The notes beneath the pieces were generated by a model. It saw only the letters and a program-made list of their open reading frames with translations, searched no databases and had not been told where the DNA came from. From Camelus ferus (lineage: Eukaryota): a DNA stretch of 64,000 nt. Position numbers and translations under genes: made by a program. The number at the start of each line of letters is the position of its first letter. Position 1 is the stretch's first letter. Below are positions 1-13,444 of this stretch, piece by piece. The DNA is taken from positions 90,522,001 through 90,586,000 of the forward strand of contig NC_045697.1 in NCBI RefSeq assembly GCF_009834535.1, given 5' to 3'.

Positions 1-1200
1 CCATGAAGCATCAAAAAGCCAAGTGGCCTCACAGGACACATGACCTTTTTCACACATGCACTATTTAGCCAAGCCAGGAGAGACCCAGACAAGAGTTCAG
101 GATGTCAAAATCTAATTTAATAAGTAAGAACCAGATATTAGAAAAGAAGACTGATGTCTCCTCTTTTGCATTTTCCATGAAACTTCCAGAACGGATACTG
201 TGTTATTCTGGAATCTCTAAGAAGTAGAATCTCTACCAAGACAGAATTAAAAATGCAAAGATTCTATTAGAAAGAAATGCCTGTGTAAAAAGAAATAGGG
301 AGATGTTGGGAAAGGTTGGGGCAGCCGACAGACTGATCCAAGTCTAATCTGCAAGAATGAGAGGTTGAGAGACAAAATGAATGAAACCATCTAAGACTGT
401 TATGTGATCTACGGAAGGTTTGGCAGAACCGTGGGGAAGGCTTGGAGTCAAAATGGACCAACAAAGAAGTCCCACTGTCTCCCAGGACTGGGTCGTACTC
501 AGTACATCAGTCACTGGTGGGAGCTGCCAATGGGAGGAGTGGCCTGGGGACAAACCAAGGGGTGGGCAAATTTCAAAGCACAGTAGCTGTGGCCTTCAGT
601 CTCTGTGGACCATTCTTACTGCTCCACAGCATAGTATGAAGGAAAGGTGTAGGAGAGAAACTTTTCTAAAACCCTTTAAAACATTAAAGAGGTTTGTTTT
701 ATCAGAAATGCATTAGTTATTTCATAAAAGAACCAATTCCACATAATTTGAGAACAGTATCAATAGCATTACTATAAACACAGGAGAATACTGAGAAAAG
801 CATTCTGAATTACACTTTTTAGAAAATTAATAATTCTAAGTCATCAAATAAAAATTATTCAGTAGTTTTGTTCAACACCAGGTGGAGCTCTTTTGCTTTT
901 TAAAACAGGGAAAGAGAATTTTTTCTTAATTTAACACAGGTTTAGGCTGATTATTTCATAACTCTTTTAAGTCATCTTTTGAAATCATTTGAGTGCTTTC
1001 ACACCATATTTGTCACCATTGTAAACCTTATTTTTTTTCAAATACAACAAACTAGATCAAACTGCAATGTTAACAAAATAAAAACACCAAGACTAAAAAT
1101 ATTGTTACAGCTCTAAAATAAAGTGATAAATAGTACCACTGTAAATGTCTACATTCTTCCAAAGGAAAAAGCTAAAACCCTAATTTAAATCTCATAGACA

Positions 1201-2472
1201 TTTTTTTCCTTCTTTAAAAAAATTTTTTTAATTGAAGTACAGTCAGTTACAATGTGTCAATTTCTGGTGCACAGCACAATGTCCTAGTCATGCATATACA
1301 TACATGTATCTGTTTTCATATACTTTTTCATTAAAGGCTATTTCAAGATATTGAACATAGTTCCCTGTGCTTGTTTTTTTAAATCAATTTTTATATATAG
1401 TGGCTAACATTTGCAAATATCAAACTTCCAAATTTATCCCTTCCCACTCCCTTTCCCGGGTAACCATAAGGTTGTTATGTCTGCAAGTCTTGTTTCTGTT
1501 TTGTAGATGAGTTCATAGTATCCTTTTTTTTTTTTTTTTTTTTTTTAGATTCTACATATGAGTGATATCATATGGTACTTTTCTTTCTCTTTCTGGCTTA
1601 CTTCACTTAGAATGACAATCTCTAGGTCCAACCATGTTGCTGTAAATGGCATTATTTTATTCTTTTTATGGCTGAGTAGTATTCCATTGTATACATATAC
1701 CACAGCTTCTTTATCCAGTCATCTGTTGATGGACATTTAGGTTGCTTCCATATCTTGGCTATTGTATATAGCGCTGCTATGAACTTTGGGGTGCATGTAT
1801 CTTTTTGAATTAGAGTTCACTCTGGACATATGCCCAGGAGTGGGATTGCTGGATGGTAAGTCTATTTTTAGTTTTTTGAGGCATCTCTGTACTATTTTCC
1901 ATAATGACTGCACCAAACTACATTTCCACCAGCAGTGTAGGAGGGTTCCCTTTTCTCCACAGCCTCTCTAGCAGTTATCGTTTGTGGACTTTTAAATGAT
2001 GGCCATTCTGACTAGTGTAAGGTGATACCTCATTGTAGTTTTGATTTGTATTTCTATGGTAATTAGTGATATTGAGCATTTTTTCATGTGCTTATTAGCC
2101 ATTTGTATGTCTTCATTGGAGAATTGCTTGTTTAAGTCTTCTGCCCATTTTTGGATTGGGTTGTTTGTTATTTTGTTATTAAGTTGTATGAGCTGTTTAT
2201 ATATTCTGGAAATTAAGGCTTTGTCAGTCGCATCATTTGCAAATATTTTCTCCTATTCTGTAGGTTGTCGTTTTGTTTTGCTTATAGTTTCCTTTGCTGT
2301 GCAAAAGCTTGTAAGTTTAATTAGGTCCCATTTGTTTATTTTATCTCTTATTTCTATTGCCTGGGTAGACTGTTTTAGAACATTGCTAAGATTTATGTCA
2401 GAGAATGTTTTGCCTATGTTTTCTTCTAGGAGATTTCTTGTGTCTTGTTTTATATTTAAGTCTTTAAACCAT
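1201..2472 (-). mobile_element. 5'-truncated LINE-1 (ORF2 C-terminus plus 3' UTR), relatively young
   Basis: Minus strand reads WIKKLWYMYTMEYYSAIKKNKIMPFTATWLDLEIVILSEVSQKEKEKYHMISLICRI* (stop 1545-1547), the canonical L1 ORF2 end; T-rich tail at about 1201-1230. Confidence 0.95.
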
Positions 2473-5022
2473 AGTCAATTATTAAACAAATCGACAACTA
2501 CACAAAATGCTCTCCCAAGTCTCTAATTTGCTCCATAATCATTCTCTTTTAATCCAAAATACCTTCTCTATAGGAAAGATATTGTTTTGAAACAGGTCTT
2601 GGTTATTGAGATAAAGTATAATGCTTTTAACAACTTTTTTATGCCAATTTTCAAAAGAAGCTAAAGGATTAAATTAACCATATTTATAATGTAGACATAC
2701 TGTTTCACAAGTAAATTGTGGCAGTAGGAGGCATTATATATTCTGTGCTTCTGTTTCAGAGTTCTTTCATTCTCATTGCAAGGAAACAGATACAGATACA
2801 AATAAATGAATTGTTGTAATCAAAAAACACTCTTAAAAGATAGGGTTGACATACCATTAGAGGAATATATTTAATGAAATGGTTTGTATACCTTTCTGTT
2901 CTTTCATTCATTCAAGAAATACTTACAGAGAGCTCTGTTTTTTGCTGAAGAGATAGGAATAGTTAAGGAAAACACTGCTTACCACTCCTGGAGCTTGAGA
3001 ATTCAGAAGGCATACAATAAAGACTATTGTAATTTAGGAAATACAGAGGACTGTGGGAGCACACAGCAAGGAAACCTAATGGCTCACCTAATCTAGGAGA
3101 TAGAGATGATCCTCCCAAAGAATTAATTTGTAAGCTGAGTCTCTGCAATAGGAGACAATGAGGCATAAAACAAAAATTATGGTGTTTAAGGTGAAGAAAC
3201 AGTTTTTAAAAAGAACTGCACTGAGATAGAGTAGGTCAAATTCTAGAAAGTAAAAATATTTCAACATAGCTAAAACATAGGGTTCTAGATGAAGGGATAA
3301 AACTATGAGATCAGGAGAGATTTTTGACAACCAGAAAGTAGATCTTTAGACTGAATTAAGAAATTTGAATGTTATCGAAGAACAATGCAAAGTAGAAATC
3401 AACGTTCTGAGTTAAAAATTGAAAGGATGTGATAACCAGTCTAAGAAATGTTTGGCGTCTAAAGCAGAAATATGTTGGATGAGTCATTAATATCCCCACC
3501 AAAATAAACCACTTAGACATGATAATTTCAGCTTTTCTCATCCATTAGAATAACAATAACACAGACTCAATTCATATAATTACCGTTGACTTCAATGACT
3601 TTGAAAAGTTATACTGCCTTTTAGATTCTCTCTTTTTCTTCTTGGTATAATTATGTTTATACCCAAGACACCCTAATTAAATTCACTGTTAAAGTGACAT
3701 TTCAATGTTACAGTTTCAGAAAAAGACAGTCACCAATTTACTCAATATATTTCTGGGCAGGAAATTTCAAATAGAGCGAATTTGAATTGAGCTCCAAGAT
3801 TAGATGATTCAAGATGCTTGGCTGAGCAGACCTATCTATGCCAAGAGATCTACGCTCAGCTGTTTATGGTGCACATGGGCTATTTCCATGTATTTCAGAG
3901 CACTGTGATGTTTACCTTTTATTTTGCCCTAAACATATTTTTAATTGCTAGAACTTTCTTCCTAAGTGCAAAATAATCATGAGCCTCCTTAAAGTTAAAA
4001 ACAGAAAAAGATCATAGGGAAAGAGGAATGCACCTTTCAAAGAGTGACCCCCTTGCACCTCCTCCACCACCCACTACCAAATCATCTCTTTCTCCTTTGG
4101 AGAATATAAGAAACCCTCATTATGTTACATTTCACGTACAATCTAAATTTACTTACTTTCAAATTGTTGTTTATTATATCATTTATATCATTCAATAGAT
4201 CTGTCTTTTTCTATTTGTGAAAAGTGTTTGGTTATCTTGGGTTGAGACAGAACACATTGTCATGTACCCGGTAAAATTCACAGAAATATTTTTGAATTTA
4301 TGGCATGTTTTTAATTTGATGGTGTGGTTTTCAGGAATAAAGTAATGTCACTAATCAAGGAATAGATGTTCATCAAATGACAGAGTTGAAACCAAACATT
4401 TGAGACATGTCAACAAATACAAATAGGCTTCCACAAAATAAGAAATTGTAACAGGGAAATAACCATTAAAACAGGATATTTTTTTAAGTCATAAGAGATT
4501 ACTTCATAAATAAATGAACTGCATGATTTCCCAGGAAAATGCAATTTACCAAAATGATCCCAGTAAAGATAGTAAGCTTAAAACAATGTATAGAAAAAAA
4601 CAGTAAAAGTTGTTAAGGAACTACTCCACATGACAGCACCTAGTGCAGATGGTTTCACAGGCAAATTTTACCATATATATTGTTCTAGTGCACAAGAAAA
4701 AGAAGCAAATTTCCCAAATTCTTTTTACAAAGCAAGTATAAAATTGATAAACATAGGGGAAAAAACTACTGACCAATCTTACTTACGAATTTTAATGCAA
4801 AAATCCTAAATAAAATATGAGCACAGAATCCAGAATCACAGTAAGAAAATTATACATTGTGATAAAATTAGATTTCCTCTAGTATTGTAAGAATAATTCA
4901 ATATTAGGAAATGCATTATTGTAATTTACTATAGTAATGTAACTAAGGACAAAATTTATAATTATCTCTATTAATGCTAAAAAAATCTTTGACAAAAATT
5001 TACACCCATTCCTGATATGGGC

Positions 5023-5685
5023 TATTATAGGCTGAGTTGTGTCCCCTCAAAATTCATATTTTGAAGCCCTAACCCTCAAGAGTGTATTTGGAAGTGGGGC
5101 TTTTAAAGAGATAATTAAATTAAAATGGATCATTAGGGTGGGCCCTAATCCAGTATATCCTTATAAAAGGAGAATGTTCTTTCATTTTGTTTATTTATTT
5201 ATTTGTTTGGTTGGTTTTTTTAACCATTTTTTAAATTAAAGTATAGTCAGTTTACAGTATTGTGTCAATTTCTGGTGTACAGCATAATGTTTCAGTCATA
5301 CATACACACACATACACATATATATACTCCTCTTCATATTCTTTTTCATTATAGGTTACTATAAGATATTGACTATAGTTCCCTGTGCTGTACAGTATAA
5401 ACTTGTTGTTTATCTGTTTTATATATAGTAGTTGGTATCTGTAAAGAGGGGAGAGTGTTCTTATATGAAAGAGGAGATGAGGACACAGACACATAGAAAG
5501 GAGAACGACCTTGTGAGGACACAGGGAGAAGGCGGCCTTCTACAAGCCAAGGAGAAAGGCCTCAAAAGATGCCACACCTGCCAACATCTTGCTCTCAGAC
5601 TTCTAGTGTGAGAAAATTAATTTCTGTTGTTTAAGCCATCCAGTCTGTGGTATTTTGTTACGAGAGCCCTAACAAACTAATATAC
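5023..5685 (+). mobile_element. MaLR solo LTR (MLT1A/B-like), split by an L1 3' fragment
   Basis: Starts TATAGGCTGAGTTGTGTCCCCTCAAAATTCATAT; ends TGTTGTTTAAGCCATCCAGTCTGTGGTATTTTGTTAC...CAAACTAATATAC. Confidence 0.85.
5182..5449 (-). mobile_element. L1 3'-UTR fragment with TSD inside the MLT1 LTR
   Basis: Same tail family as the L1 at 1201-2472; TSD GGAGAATGTTCTT (5169-5181) / GGAGAGTGTTCTT (5450-5462). Confidence 0.85.
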
Positions 5686-6265
5686 CCCACCCCACCCCCC
5701 ACAGATAAATATAGTATGATTTTGCATAACTCAGTCTTAAAACCAGCACCTTATTGAGCAAAGCAACATTTAAAGGCATTCCCACACAGACCGGCAACAG
5801 AACAAGGATGCCCACAATCTCCACTACCATTTAACATTGTATTGCAATAAAAGTTAGGCAATAGAAAACAAGCAGACTTACTACTCAGAAAAAAAAAAGA
5901 AAGACAATTTATATATGCAGATAATATGATAGTATACCTGCTAGCCCAGGAGACTCACTAATAAAGCTAATCCAAACAATAAAGGTATTCAATAATATAG
6001 CAGGATATAAAGTTAACATAGAAAAATCAGTAGCCTTTATATAGTCAAACAGTAGCCAATTAAAATAGCATCCTTGCTTTGTTCCAGGTCTTGTGGGAAT
6101 CACTCTGGTATTTCTCTTTAAGTAAGATGGTGGCTTTAAGACTGAAATGTGTAAAATCATATCTATTTATTTTAGAGGTAGGAAGACCAGGAATGAGTGT
6201 AAATTTTTGCTGAAGCCTTTTCAAGCCTTAATGCGATGGGAAACTCCAGTTATAAACGCAATTAA

Positions 6266-6332
6266 AAATATATTTATATATTTTATATATATTTATAAAT
6301 ATATATATATAAATATATATATATATAAATAT
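6266..6332. repeat. AT-rich (TA)n-like low-complexity tract
   Basis: Pure A/T run seen directly. Confidence 0.9.
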
Positions 6333-7234
6333 CTAGGAATAAACTTATATAAGGAAAACTTTTAAACACTCCTAAAGAACATAAAAAATAGACCTGAACT
6401 AATAGAAAGACCTATTCTTCTATTGGATAAGATAAATAAGATGATTCAACATAATAAACATACTGGTTCTCCCCAAGTTAATATATAAATGTAGTGTGAG
6501 CCCAATAAAAATGCCCAAAGTTTTCTTTCACTTTTTAGCACTAGGATATTTGATGCTAAAGCTCATATGGAAAATAAACATGCAAGAATAGCTAGGAAAC
6601 CCTGAGAACTAAGGAAAGAATGGCCCTACCAGAAATTGAAATATAGTAGAAACTCTAGAATGAAAAGAAAATGGTGCTAGTGACAGCAAGACCAGTGGAA
6701 CAGAACAGAAATTCCAGAAATAGACCCAAGTACACATGGTAATTACTTTGTTACTCTAACAAAGGTGGCATTTCAAAACACTAGATGAGAAACACTAGAC
6801 ACGTCAAACACTAGATGGAAAGGATAAGATTTTTAATAAATGGGGTCCTGGATAATCATTTGGAAGAAGATAAAATTAGATCCACACTCCTCACCATACA
6901 CCAGAGTAAAAGTCCAAATGGATGAAGGACCAATCAAATGTACAAAGATAGAGAGAAACCATACAAGTAATAAGAAAATATAGGTAAATTCCTTTATAAT
7001 CTAAGCATGGGGAACGCTTTCCCAAAATGACTTGAAATCCAGTTGCAAGGAATGAAATTGTTAAAAAAAAATTGCATAAAGAGAAAAATCTTTTGTATGA
7101 ATAAAAAACACCATTAGCACAAAGGATAAATGATAAACTAGAAAATATTTGAACAGATATCACATGTAAAGGGCTATTCTAACATGTAAAATAGTCATAA
7201 AAACTAAAGGGAAAAAAGTCCCCATCATGGGGAC

Positions 7235-7975
7235 CATGGCCATAATGGAGTAGCAGAGACTAATCTCCTATCTTACACGACTGAAAAACCACACAAAACA
7301 CATAAAAGAATCGTTTCCAGACACTGGATCACAGGCCGCATGGCATGATCTCTGAGAGAAGCAAAACAAGTGAATTCGTGCCTTTGATGGCCTCAGCTTA
7401 CTGCCCAGAGAGAGTTTCCAGGCCACAGCAAAGGGAGGAAGAACACAAATAAAGCCAGGCTGTCTCCATTGGGTTAAGGAGACCAAGTTAGAGTTTGGGG
7501 AGGCTATGGTGGGTCAGAGTACCAGAGAGGAGAAAGATGCTTGGAGAGGAAAGGGCTGTGAGCTAGAGAACTCCAGAGATTCCTCTTGAGTCTTCAACTA
7601 AGCAGTGGTAACAACATTCATGTGAAGAAGCCTCCTGAGGCCAGAGAAAGAACCACTGGAAAGGAGTAGATGGAACAAACCTCGGAGTTTACACAGCACT
7701 GGGAATAGTTTATTTCCTTCCAGCCAAAGTGGAGAAACGTCAAAATAAATGGGAAAATCTGGTAGAATACGAATCTGTAATGACGGAAAGGAGATCGGTG
7801 CTTGCCTAGGGGTGGGAGTGAGGGAGGAAAAAGAGATGGATTACAGAAGATGCAAGGAAGCCTTGAGGGTAGCAGTATGTCATTATATATGTTAAAGCCC
7901 AAAGACTGTATATTTTAAATGTGTGCAGTTTATCATATGTTGACTATACCTCAATATAAAACTGTAAGGGAAAAA
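7235..7975 (+). mobile_element. Old L1 (L1M-type 5' region joined to 3'-UTR piece)
   Basis: Resembles old mammalian L1 5' sequence, then a 3'-end motif (GTGTGCAGTTTATCATATGTTGACTATACCTCAATA). Confidence 0.55.
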
Positions 7976-8001
7976 GCTTTTTTCAAAAATTAACAGGGAG
8001 A

Positions 8002-8118
8002 GGGGAGGGCATAGTTCAGTGCCTAGCATGTACGAGGTTCTGGGTTCAATCCCCAGTAGTTTCATTAAAATTAAGTAAATAAATAAAACTAATTACCTCC
8101 CCCAAAATAAAATTAAAA
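8002..8118 (+). mobile_element. tRNA-derived SINE (camelid Vic-1-like)
   Basis: GGGGAGGGCATAGTTCAGTG...GGGTTCAATCCCCAGT (A/B boxes), A-rich tail; TSD AAAAATTAACAGGGAGA (7985-8001) / AAAAATTAAGAGGGAGA (8119-8135). Confidence 0.9.
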
Positions 8119-8139
8119 AAAAATTAAGAGGGAGATAAA

Positions 8140-10615
8140 AGAGACTAAAACCTTAATAGGAAAAATGGGAAGACAGGAGCAGACAGTTTTAAAAAAAAGA
8201 TAAATAGTCTTAAACACATGAAAAGATGAATAATTTCATTTATAATAAGAGAAATGCAAAATATTGATGCCACATTTTACCTCTTATATGGACAAAAACT
8301 CAGGAGCTTTTCACTACACACTTGAAGCTACAGAGAAACAAGCATTCTCAAACATTCCTGGCAGTTGGTAGTACAAACTGGTATAATCCACTCAGTGGAG
8401 ACTGGCAATATCTGTACATGCATTTACTCTTTGTTCCACCATTCTCACTTCCAGGAATTTACCCTGAAGATACACCTAGAAACAAAAGTTTATACAATGT
8501 GACGTTACTGGTAGTAGCAAAATATGAAGAACAGTCTAAATGACCATCCATAGAAGCCTTGTTAAATAAATGATTGAACATCCACATAACTGAGTATTAC
8601 GTAGCTCCAAAGTTCAATTTTAATAAAACAAATGGACCTAACTGTATATAGAACTGATTGTATAATCACAGAAAAAGAGAATTAATTAAAGTATCTTTAA
8701 AGTACTGTAATCTGACATACTCTAAGGGAAAAAGAACTGCAAACAAATATTGAACTTTAATTACAAGACTTGGCTTTGATAGTGGACTTAGCATAATAAT
8801 TCTAGTGAAAATTTATATGAATTATAGGAGCAAGCAAAAGAATGAATATATTGCTATTTTGGAAGAAGAGAGATGTAACATGGAGAAGGGAAAGGAGAGG
8901 AAGAACTCTGGGGCATTGTTTTGGAATAGGAGATATTAGTATATCAACCCATGTTTTTTAAGAAATATATTTTCTAGTTCTCTCTATTGGAAGGACATAG
9001 AAGCAATGACACACTAGTATCGGTGAACACACCTACTTCCCAGTGTCAAAAACTGTACAGGGTCTGAGATTTTATCTGGCTTGCAGTCTAACAACCTAGC
9101 CTGCCAGTTTCATGAATGCTAGCAGAACACAAGGAACTCCCAAATCAGCAACAAAGAAGTTTATTACTCACAGAAATATCAGTGACCAGAGTATCATTGT
9201 TTGTGCCAGCTCCTCAACCCAGTGATCAAGGGCAACATTAAAAGGGCCAGGTGATGTCTGGATGTGCCATGGGTTCTGTTACAGAAGGACCCTGAACTTA
9301 GGGAGTCTAAATCTTGCAGAGTGGGAAAGCTGACATTTGCCCAGAGGGAGACATTATTACACCAGATGGTAAACAAACCTGTCCTTGGGTCCAGAGGGAG
9401 ACATTATCTCTATCTTCTAAGGCTGTTCACTATACAAACATCCTTGAAAAGACAGTCCAGAACAAAGGGCAGTTACTGGGTCACTCATACGATGTACAGA
9501 AGCATGAGAGAATCAGCACCTAGATCTAAGTGTCTAAATACCATTCCCCACTTAAAAAAAAAATCTCCTTTGATAAATGGCTGATTATAAATTTGGAGCA
9601 GGGAAGGTACACATGAGTCTGGAATATCTTACTGTCTCAGAAAGCAAGGGAATCCTTAAAAATTGATGAAGACATTCAGAAGAGCCAGAACAATTTTAAC
9701 ATCAAAAAAAGAATAATTATGGAATGGACTATAACACATTAAGTATAAAAAGAATCCACAAGACCACAGTAATCCTTTAAAAAGGTGGTAGAGGGGCCTT
9801 GTCTTTACAAAAGAATGCCAGCTAATAAGTGAAGAAGCAGTGAAAGAATGAGAAAATAAATATGGATCATCTATGAATACCAAAACTCTTGGTTAAAAAG
9901 TTGTTAGGTAATACAACCTTTACATCAATCCAAAAATTGTTTATTGATTATAAATGGAAAGAGTTACTTTCACAGTGGAGAAAGCCCTGACAAGCTCTAC
10001 CTTAACCAAGTGGTTAAGCTATATGTCATCAATGATGAGGCAAACTGACATTATGTCGTGCACTGAAAGCAACAGCATATATGTAGTATTCGTGTCACAA
10101 TGTTCAATCTGAATTCAGTCATGAGGAAACTGTGAGATAAATCCAAATGTAGACCATTCTACAAAACAACTGACTTGAACTCTCCATGAATGTCAAGTCA
10201 AGCCCTTCAACTGCCCCAAAAAAAGACTGGTAGTATGTTCAAGATAAAAAATTAAAGAGACATGATAGCTAAATGCAACAAATAATTGTTGGTTGGCTCT
10301 TGTTTTTTTCCTTACAAAGCTATTAAAATATTATTGAACAATTTGAAAATTTGAAAATATGGGCCATTTACTAGGTAATACTGATGTATCAGTAAGATTA
10401 AGGATAATGGTATTGTGGTTGTATTTTTAAATGTCCTAAAATATTAAGAATAAAGCAACATGCATCTGCAAATTATTTTCAAATGACTTGGAAAAACAGA
10501 GTATGAATGTAGAAAAATGCTAACTGATTAATTTTAAGTGAAGGGCATATAAGTGTTCATTGTACTAGTCTTCCGACTTCTCTGTAGGTTTGAGATTTTT
10601 CAGAATTAAAAAAAA
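8140..10615 (+). mobile_element. Old L1 (L1MC/ME-like) ORF2 end and long 3' UTR, interrupted by an LTR
   Basis: ORF2-end motifs (GGTAGTACAAACTGGTATAATCC, CCAGGAATTTACCCTGAAG) and 3' end (CATTGTACTAGTCTTCCGACTTCTCTGTAGGTTTGAGATTTTTCAGAATTAAAAAAAA). Confidence 0.7.
9044..9518 (-). mobile_element. ERV1-class solo LTR (MER67/MER31-like; subfamily uncertain)
   Basis: TG...CA termini flanked by CCCAG/CCTAG; TTTATT (AATAAA on minus strand) near 9160; internal direct repeat CCAGAGGGAGACATTAT. Confidence 0.7.
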
Positions 10616-12098
10616 TCGAGAAATAATAGATCACATTCCCTGGCCATTCTTTACAAACTGTAATCCTTATAGACTTTGAACCCACCATGTTTACTATCAT
10701 ATAAAGTGCTTCTTTGGAAACATTTGTTGGTTTCCTTATAATCTTAATATAGAGTATCATCAAAAACTGTGCTTGGAATGCTGCTATGAGAGCACCATGT
10801 CTTTGACCTAATGTTGATAGTAGCTGAATTTTGTATCCAATATCAACATTTTGTTTAAAATCTTGAATTTCTAGACTATACACATTGAGATTATATCTTA
10901 ATTGACTCAGGTCCCTCTCCTGGCTCTATGTGTAACTGATACTTGTAGATAAATCTAATTTGGATCAGTTTCCCATGTGTTTTCTACCACTAAAATTAAA
11001 TATGCTTTATTTTTATCTATTCATATAATTATCAAGATCTTCTTATAGTTTATCCCAAAGTAATTAGAACTCCCAAAATAGTTTAGCAACAAGTGATAGC
11101 TTCAAATATAAAGATGTCATTGTCCATGCCTGCTTTCCATTATTTATAAGTTGCTAAACTTGTCTAGCCGTAGCTTTGGTCTTGGAGGCCCATACTGTTC
11201 ACAGTTATCTTCCCAGAGACTTTTTGTTTTATGTTTCTATTCTTCCTATACTATTCTTTATACCTTTTAAATAGTCTGTCCCTCTCATCACTTTGTCCCA
11301 TTGTAACAATGGGAAATTTCATGAAAGGCTTTTTGAATGATAAAACAGATTATGTACCATTTCTGTATGCCCTCATTCATATATATCCCCCCAAATAAAT
11401 ATGAGTCAGATGTAATAACCTTAAATAAATTGTGCTGTCTTCCCCTCATGGAAAACATCTGCTTAAGCGTTCTAAATTCCATGTGGTCCACTGAGATCAG
11501 AAGACTGACACTCTGTGCAGCCATTGCCTTATTTCCTGTTAGGTTTCATCTAATTTCCTTAATTCTCATTTATGTGGCTACATCATCATTATTTTTTATG
11601 TTTTTTTTTTACCACTTCTCTGTGCCATTATTTATATTTGAACCATGAGAGACTAAAAGATACTGAACAAAGGCATAGGTATTTTGTAGCACTTCTGTCT
11701 ATTCTGCACATTCTTATGGTTCACCTCACTTTCATCTGTGTGATGCCCTGAAAGGTTCAATGAAGGGTGGTGCAGTCCATGATGAAACAGCAGCACTACC
11801 AGCAGCTCACACAATCACACAGGACCCAAGAGTGTTTATAACATGTTCCTGTATTCTGACTGAGTTGTATCTTCCACCTCAAAAAGTTAGGGTTGTTACC
11901 AGTGGTCTCTATGCCACTTAATTAATCCAAGCTCCCAAAGAAGGGAGCCAAGGAAAGGAGTTGGTGGAAAATAGAACCCTTCCCACCTATTTGGACTAAG
12001 GATTTACATACATAAAGGACTTGGATCCAGGCAAATAAAACTTCATCCACCTATCTGCCTATCTCTCTTTCTTTGTCTCTTTCTTTCTTTCTTCCTTC

Positions 12099-12158
<60 letters not shown>
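12099..12158. repeat. (CTAT)15 tetranucleotide microsatellite preceded by a CT-rich tract
   Basis: Perfect repeat counted in sequence. Confidence 0.98.
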
Positions 12159-12159
<1 letters not shown>

Positions 12160-13444
12160 CATCACTTCACACATTTATTAAATGTAGGATGAAAAAGCCT
12201 GAGTGTAGGTTAAGTGACCTGGGAAATGACAAGAGTGTATCAATAGGACATCAGATCATTGGGGTATAGATGCCCCTGTTAAGTGCCAATGGGACAGAAG
12301 TGGGAACATTCTGAGACAGGGCAGAGCCAGGTGGGTCAGAGCTGACAGCCAATTCCTAATAAAGTGACCAGGATCCCTAGTTTTACGGTAAGTTGAAGAT
12401 CAAACAAGATGTCCTCACTGGTTAGGACAACAGAACAGGAACCAAGTGATAGAGGGCTTTAAAAGCATTTTTTTAATGATAACACAATAGTATGCATTTA
12501 AGAGTACTCATTAAATTGTTATTACAATAAATGATATGCATGATAAAAAGTCAGGAATGCTAAATTGTTATAACCTTGCCATTGCACCCCCTCAGTGTCT
12601 GGAAGAGCATACAAACAGGTATAGATCATTAGTAGAAAGAACACAATCTTACCAGAATTCAATCATGAACATACTTAGAATCCAGGCAGTATGAAACATT
12701 TATTTACCATCTACATTACATAGGCTAGTGTAGACTCAGAAGTCCTATTTCTCTTCCTTAATCTTCTCAGCCTTCCCTCCCACCTTGCATTTATTCCAAC
12801 CTGCCCCTGCTAGGGATCCCATCGTTCTGGTGTCTTATGGTCAAGGCCGTTTAAGGTCTATTTTTGGCTCCATTTTCTAGGGCAATGATGGATCCTCAAA
12901 TTCTTCATAAAGGAGCAGCTTACTCAACAAACAAAGCTCTCCAGATTGTTGATAGTAACTTCAGTCTATCTTTATGCTAAACATCCCCTCCTAAATGATG
13001 AGAAACAGAAAGAAAACTGAAGAAAGCTTATCTCTCTAGGTGGAGAGTAAAGACTAGATCAAGATACTTCTATAATTTTTAAAATCTAGACAGCCTATAT
13101 ATGTATTGTCCTGGGAGGTAGAAGGACAAAATTATGTCTGATGTGTTAAGGGCAGACAATTATTAAGACTCCACTCATGCTTTCACCCATGTTGTCTTTT
13201 TCCTAAGGCAGAGAGTCCACAAATGGTCACCACTTTACGTCTGCAAGGGTAGAGCAATGCTGGCATGAACAGATGAAGCAACTGGAAATGTTAGAGAAGG
13301 AAAAGGTTTTTGGAAATTCTCCAAACACTCACATTCCACTTCATTTCTCTGTTCAGTACTGGATTCCACTGTGCAATATCCTTGGCAGGAATCCTGAAAC
13401 CTCTGTTGATAAATTCCTCCTATGATGGAGAGTGTTGTCACACT

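Larger units (their letters stand above)
4480..7220 (+). mobile_element. Old degraded L1 ORF2 remnant with nested insertions
   Basis: ORF2-like blocks (GATGGTTTCACAGGCAAATTTTACCA, AACAAGGATGCCCAC, ATATGCAGATAATATGAT, CCAGAAATAGACCCAA) with many indels. Confidence 0.85.

Noticed and set aside
2041..2526. 161-aa hydrophobic + strand ORF
   Set aside because: Antisense reading of L1 ORF2 (the minus strand carries the canonical ORF2 C-terminus); a common artefact.
6266..6332. AT-rich quasi-palindrome centred on ATTTATAAAT (possible cruciform)
   Set aside because: Symmetry is a trivial consequence of (TA)n low complexity; short and imperfect.
6777..6816. Three copies of AAACACTAGA with short spacers
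   Set aside because: Small slippage duplication inside an old L1; far too short for a CRISPR-like array and the DNA is mammalian.
8002..8062. tRNA-like A/B-box sequences here and at 27463, 23714 and 44070
   Set aside because: They have A-rich tails and TSDs and lack a full cloverleaf, so they are SINEs and not tRNA genes.
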